37,601 nucleotides of DNA from a virus (lineage: Duplodnaviria; Caudoviricetes): IMG/VR virus record IMGVR_UViG_3300025018_000062, positions 1 to 37,601 of that record; one strand, 5' to 3'. The notes under the pieces are model-generated. The model saw only the letters and a list, made by a program, of their open reading frames with translations, did no database searches and had not been told where the DNA came from. Each line of letters opens with the position of its first letter. The first letter of the stretch is position 1. A program made the translations under genes and the position numbers. Shown here piece after piece: positions 34,671-37,601 of this stretch.

Positions 34671-35030
34671 TTAGGAAAAATCAAGTCCGAAAAGACTACC
34701 AATAACACGAGCGATAGAAATTCCTCCGACTACCAACAGCAATGCGAGCACAGAATAAAACAGATACTTCAATAATTTCTCCTGAATCGTCACAACCTTT
34801 GTGTTTGTATCAGTCGTGACCAATGCTGTTGTTTTAATTATACCATGATTGTCATCAATGGTTCTCACAATCCCAGCAAGCTCTTGCTGGTGAATGATCA
34901 TGTTATCAGAAATTTTTTGTACATTCTTCAAAAGAGCTTTTGAAACATCTCTTTGCTCTTGTTGAAGCAAAAGCGATCTTTCTAAAAAGCTCTCGTATTT
35001 GTTTACCATTTGGGCATGTTCTTGTGACAT
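34671..35030 (-). CDS. Coiled-coil protein with a C-terminal TM (lysis-associated, XhlA-like layout)
   Basis: 119 aa; position in the lysis cassette. Confidence 0.55.
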   Translation of the reverse strand: MSQEHAQMVNKYESFLERSLLLQQEQRDVSKALLKNVQKISDNMIIHQQELAGIVRTIDDNHGIIKTTALVTTDTNTKVVTIQEKLLKYLFYSVLALLLVVGGISIARVIGSLFGLDFS

Positions 35031-35040
35031 AGGGTATTGT

Positions 35041-35607
35041 TTATCCCCAGCAATGTTTGCTCTCTAGCCAAGGTGATGTTCCGTATCGAGAATATAAATA
35101 AATTCCCATTTCAATGTTTACAAAAGGATCAAATTTTCTTTGACCTCGTTGGAATTGTGGGGTATCAGTTTCCGTTTTATCTAAAATTTGAAAATAGCCA
35201 AAGGCTGAAGATCCTGCTTCGTTCTGTACCATCCTCCATTGGCTTTCACATGTGATTATAGCATTTAGTAAATGATGTGAATATCCAAGCTCATTTGTAC
35301 GATGTTTGAGGTATTGCCGAGGGGTCATACCCAGCAATAGAGGATCATCGCCATCTGTTGCCTGATCTTGTTCCTCCTCTGGCTCTACCTCCTCAAGAAC
35401 CGCATCATCACTCGAATCGAGGGTTGAATCTGCAATGACTTGTTTTAGTGTTGGTTCTTGTTTAATAGCCGAAACTTCAACTACAGCTTGCATCTCTCCA
35501 ACATGTTGTTGGTTTGCTTCTTTTACAGGAACAAACACAATGAGGATCAACACGACCACCACAGCGAGAATTCCAGCTAAATGTTTTATATTACTATCTT
35601 CAGACAT
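35041..35607 (-). CDS. Membrane-anchored lytic transglycosylase/lysozyme-like protein
   Basis: N-terminal TM, acidic linker, IITCES (catalytic Glu), SSAFGYFQ, FDPFVNI, W..SKHCW. Confidence 0.78.
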   Translation of the reverse strand: MSEDSNIKHLAGILAVVVVLILIVFVPVKEANQQHVGEMQAVVEVSAIKQEPTLKQVIADSTLDSSDDAVLEEVEPEEEQDQATDGDDPLLLGMTPRQYLKHRTNELGYSHHLLNAIITCESQWRMVQNEAGSSAFGYFQILDKTETDTPQFQRGQRKFDPFVNIEMGIYLYSRYGTSPWLESKHCWG

Positions 35608-35619
35608 ACTATTTATACA

Positions 35620-35644
35620 AAAAGGGCTCGAAAAGAGCCCTTTT
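35620..35644. terminator. Intrinsic terminator
   Basis: AAAAGGGCTC-gaaaa-GAGCCCTTTT. Confidence 0.8.
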
Positions 35645-35649
35645 ATGTT

Positions 35650-35871
35650 TTATTGATTTTTCACAGCTCGACGATACTTTTCAGCCGACATACCCATAGA
35701 GGCTAAACCAGACGTTCCAAGTATTTCCAGCCATGCAACTCCATCAAAAGAGTTGTTTACAACAAGAGAAATGAAGATCATAGAACAGAACGTGAATAAA
35801 AATGTTTTCATTCCACGAACTAGAGCTCGTCCTCCTCCTGTATGTTGTAAAAAGTTCCAGATATCTCTCAT
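35650..35871 (-). CDS. Holin-like two-TM protein
   Basis: 73 aa; RALVRGMKTF, two hydrophobic segments, basic tail. Confidence 0.7.
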   Translation of the reverse strand: MRDIWNFLQHTGGGRALVRGMKTFLFTFCSMIFISLVVNNSFDGVAWLEILGTSGLASMGMSAEKYRRAVKNQ

Positions 35872-35888
35872 ATAACAGAGATTAGTTT

Positions 35889-36293
35889 TTAGGCTTGAGA
35901 ATCCTCATCTTCGCCTTTTTCTGCTTCTTTAGTATCTTCACCCTCTGATGCTTCTTCCGCTTCACCTTGACCGCTTTCTGATCCATCCTCAGCATCTTCA
36001 GATCCTACCTCTGGATCTGCTTCGCTTGCTGAATCATCTGGAACAGGTTGGTCTGTTCCCTCCTCACCTTGTAGGGAACTTTCTTCAGGCGAGGCTTCAG
36101 GTCTTTCTTCACCATCTTCACCAAGTGTTTCACGGTTGTAGTTCATCACTACAGATCCAAGAGCAACCTCAAGGGTAGCATCAGGATATTTTTCCATGTA
36201 TTCCTTGACTTGTGGTGAATTAGCGTCGAACCGCTTTCCATCTTTCGCTTCAGCGAAAGGAATTGTTGCTTCTTTTGTTGCTTCGTCATTCAT
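35889..36293 (-). CDS. Highly acidic low-complexity protein
   Basis: 134 aa; E/D/S/G-rich C-terminal half. Confidence 0.7.
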   Translation of the reverse strand: MNDEATKEATIPFAEAKDGKRFDANSPQVKEYMEKYPDATLEVALGSVVMNYNRETLGEDGEERPEASPEESSLQGEEGTDQPVPDDSASEADPEVGSEDAEDGSESGQGEAEEASEGEDTKEAEKGEDEDSQA

Positions 36294-36311
36294 AGATTTG
36301 AATGTTAGTTG

Positions 36312-37022
36312 TTAATTGTATTGTCCTGCAATTGGGAAAGAAATCTTGTCTCGTGGAATAAACCCATCAGGTACTTCATTCCATTGTTGATTAAAGTTCT
36401 TGAACAAAAATTTGAACGTCGCTTCATCAGCAATATGGTGAAACATTCCATCTTCGCCCAAAGCATAGATCTCTTTACTATTATATTCTTTATATAATTC
36501 TAACACAACCGTCATCGTTTTGGGAGAGGTTGACCATGTAGAAGATCCAGAGTTGCTAGGTACTTTGATCATTCTTTCATAGGTTTTTTGTAGCCGATCT
36601 TTCGTCCACCATTTTCCACAACAAGCAGTCGCTTTAATGTCACGATGGAATAACCAATCAACTTTCGGATATTGATCTTCCAGCTCATGCATTAGTTTCG
36701 AAAGCTCATTCAGTTGAGCTTCAGTTGGTACTTCATGTTCAAAATTACCAGCAAGGCATACACCAATAGACTTTTGGTTCACACTCCACACTCCAGCGTG
36801 CCAACCAATCTCATCATGTTTTCGAAACTGAGTACGCTTTCCATCTTTATCGATGAAATAGTGATATTGAGCATACCAACCAAGTGATGATGGTCGAGCA
36901 TATACAGGAGAGCGAGATGATCCCCAATTACGTCGTTTATGTGCTTGACTTGTTGATTCAGCTGTATCATTCAAAGATCCAGCTGTATGATGAAGAACGA
37001 ATTTATTTATTGTTCTAGCCAT
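36312..37022 (-). CDS. Endolysin, N-acetylmuramoyl-L-alanine amidase (Amidase_2) with a C-terminal binding domain
   Basis: VLHHT, YHYFI, GWHAG, SIGVCLAGNF, FHRD..ATAC zinc ligands. Confidence 0.92.
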   Translation of the reverse strand: MARTINKFVLHHTAGSLNDTAESTSQAHKRRNWGSSRSPVYARPSSLGWYAQYHYFIDKDGKRTQFRKHDEIGWHAGVWSVNQKSIGVCLAGNFEHEVPTEAQLNELSKLMHELEDQYPKVDWLFHRDIKATACCGKWWTKDRLQKTYERMIKVPSNSGSSTWSTSPKTMTVVLELYKEYNSKEIYALGEDGMFHHIADEATFKFLFKNFNQQWNEVPDGFIPRDKISFPIAGQYN

Positions 37023-37452
37023 AGATAGATTTTATTTTAGATTCAACTTCTTTGATCATTGCATTGATTTTTTCCGTTTCTCTTTGATCTTCAACCATTA
37101 GATCACGAGCTGTCACCAATGAACCAAGCTGGCTATATAGCTGTATTTTAGTATTTTCATGAAGAAATTCTTTTTGTTCTTTCATTGCATCTGGCTCGAA
37201 TGTTTCCCATTCCAAATCTTCACTTGTGAATCGGAATCCATACCCTTTTTGCATCACAGCAATAGCATCTTCATCCTCTAATAGATATACAGCACAAAGA
37301 GAATAATCTGCTTTACCAACTTCAAAAGCCTTTGGAGCAAATCTCTCCATGATTTCTTTATCTTTCACGGCTTCCAATTCTTTTAGACTTTTAGCGAAAA
37401 TCATTTTATAGATTTCGAGAGTGTCTGAACGATAGTAAATTTTTGCTTTCAT
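37015..37452 (-). CDS. Hypothetical protein after the tail fibre (fibre chaperone candidate)
   Basis: Start MKAKIYY at 37452, 11 nt after the fibre stop. Confidence 0.6.
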   Translation of the reverse strand: MKAKIYYRSDTLEIYKMIFAKSLKELEAVKDKEIMERFAPKAFEVGKADYSLCAVYLLEDEDAIAVMQKGYGFRFTSEDLEWETFEPDAMKEQKEFLHENTKIQLYSQLGSLVTARDLMVEDQRETEKINAMIKEVESKIKSIYG

Positions 37453-37463
37453 AATTTTATAGA

Positions 37464-37601
37464 TTACGACCAAGCCTCAATACTGTACACATTTGCGTAC
37501 CAGTTTGTGTTGTTCGCAGTTTGAGGTTGATAATTTAATACAAATGATTCATCTAAAAACAGAACAGAGAAGTAGTTCGGCCAAACACCAGCAAGATCAG
37601 A
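37464..37601 (-). CDS. C-terminal end of the tail fibre gene (continuation of 1-3097)
   Basis: Frame reads ...YANVYSIEAWS* with TAA at 37464-37466. Confidence 0.85.
   Translation of the reverse strand, partial: SDLAGVWPNYFSVLFLDESFVLNYQPQTANNTNWYANVYSIEAWS
37475..37601. repeat. Terminal direct repeat, copy 2
   Basis: Identical to 1-127. Confidence 0.95.

Noticed and set aside
37475-37601. Biological direct terminal repeat
   Set aside because: The length equals a common assembler k-mer and the repeat falls inside a gene, so it is best explained as an assembly overlap.

Overview
The window is an apparently complete, circularly permuted, AT-rich siphovirus-type phage genome of 37,474 bp; bases 1-127 are repeated exactly at 37475-37601, which is an assembly overlap. 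Almost all genes are on the minus strand, in this transcriptional order: replication initiator (32.7 kb), early genes (LPD29-like, RHH-like, Bet recombinase), about 9 kb of small accessory ORFs (peptide deformylase, HAD phosphatase, DUF1064, ASCH-like, many Cys/Zn microproteins), ParB-like, TerS/TerL, portal, minor head, scaffold, major capsid, head-tail joining genes, major tail, tail chaperone with a -1 frameshift, tape measure, Dit, Tal, a 1035-aa tail fibre/baseplate protein crossing the origin (missed by the ORF track), and a lysis cassette (amidase, holins, membrane-anchored transglycosylase-like protein). A small plus-strand island (32.9-34.2 kb) holds a candidate sRNA, two SD-led ORFs, a ~275-nt highly structured RNA and an NrdH-like glutaredoxin. 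I see no integrase, CI-like repressor, polymerase, RT, tRNA or CRISPR. Sigma70-type promoters, near-absence of Shine-Dalgarno sites and the style of the glutaredoxin and endolysin suggest a Patescibacteria (CPR) host (inference). The most notable signal is a set of putative RNA regulators: a 16-nt long-range complementarity between the predicted 5' end of the head transcript and a switchable leader of the major tail gene, two C4/CI-like long-stem multiloop leaders, a candidate antisense sRNA to the rep start, and the large structured RNA. All family assignments and RNA pairings were made by eye, without searches or folding software.
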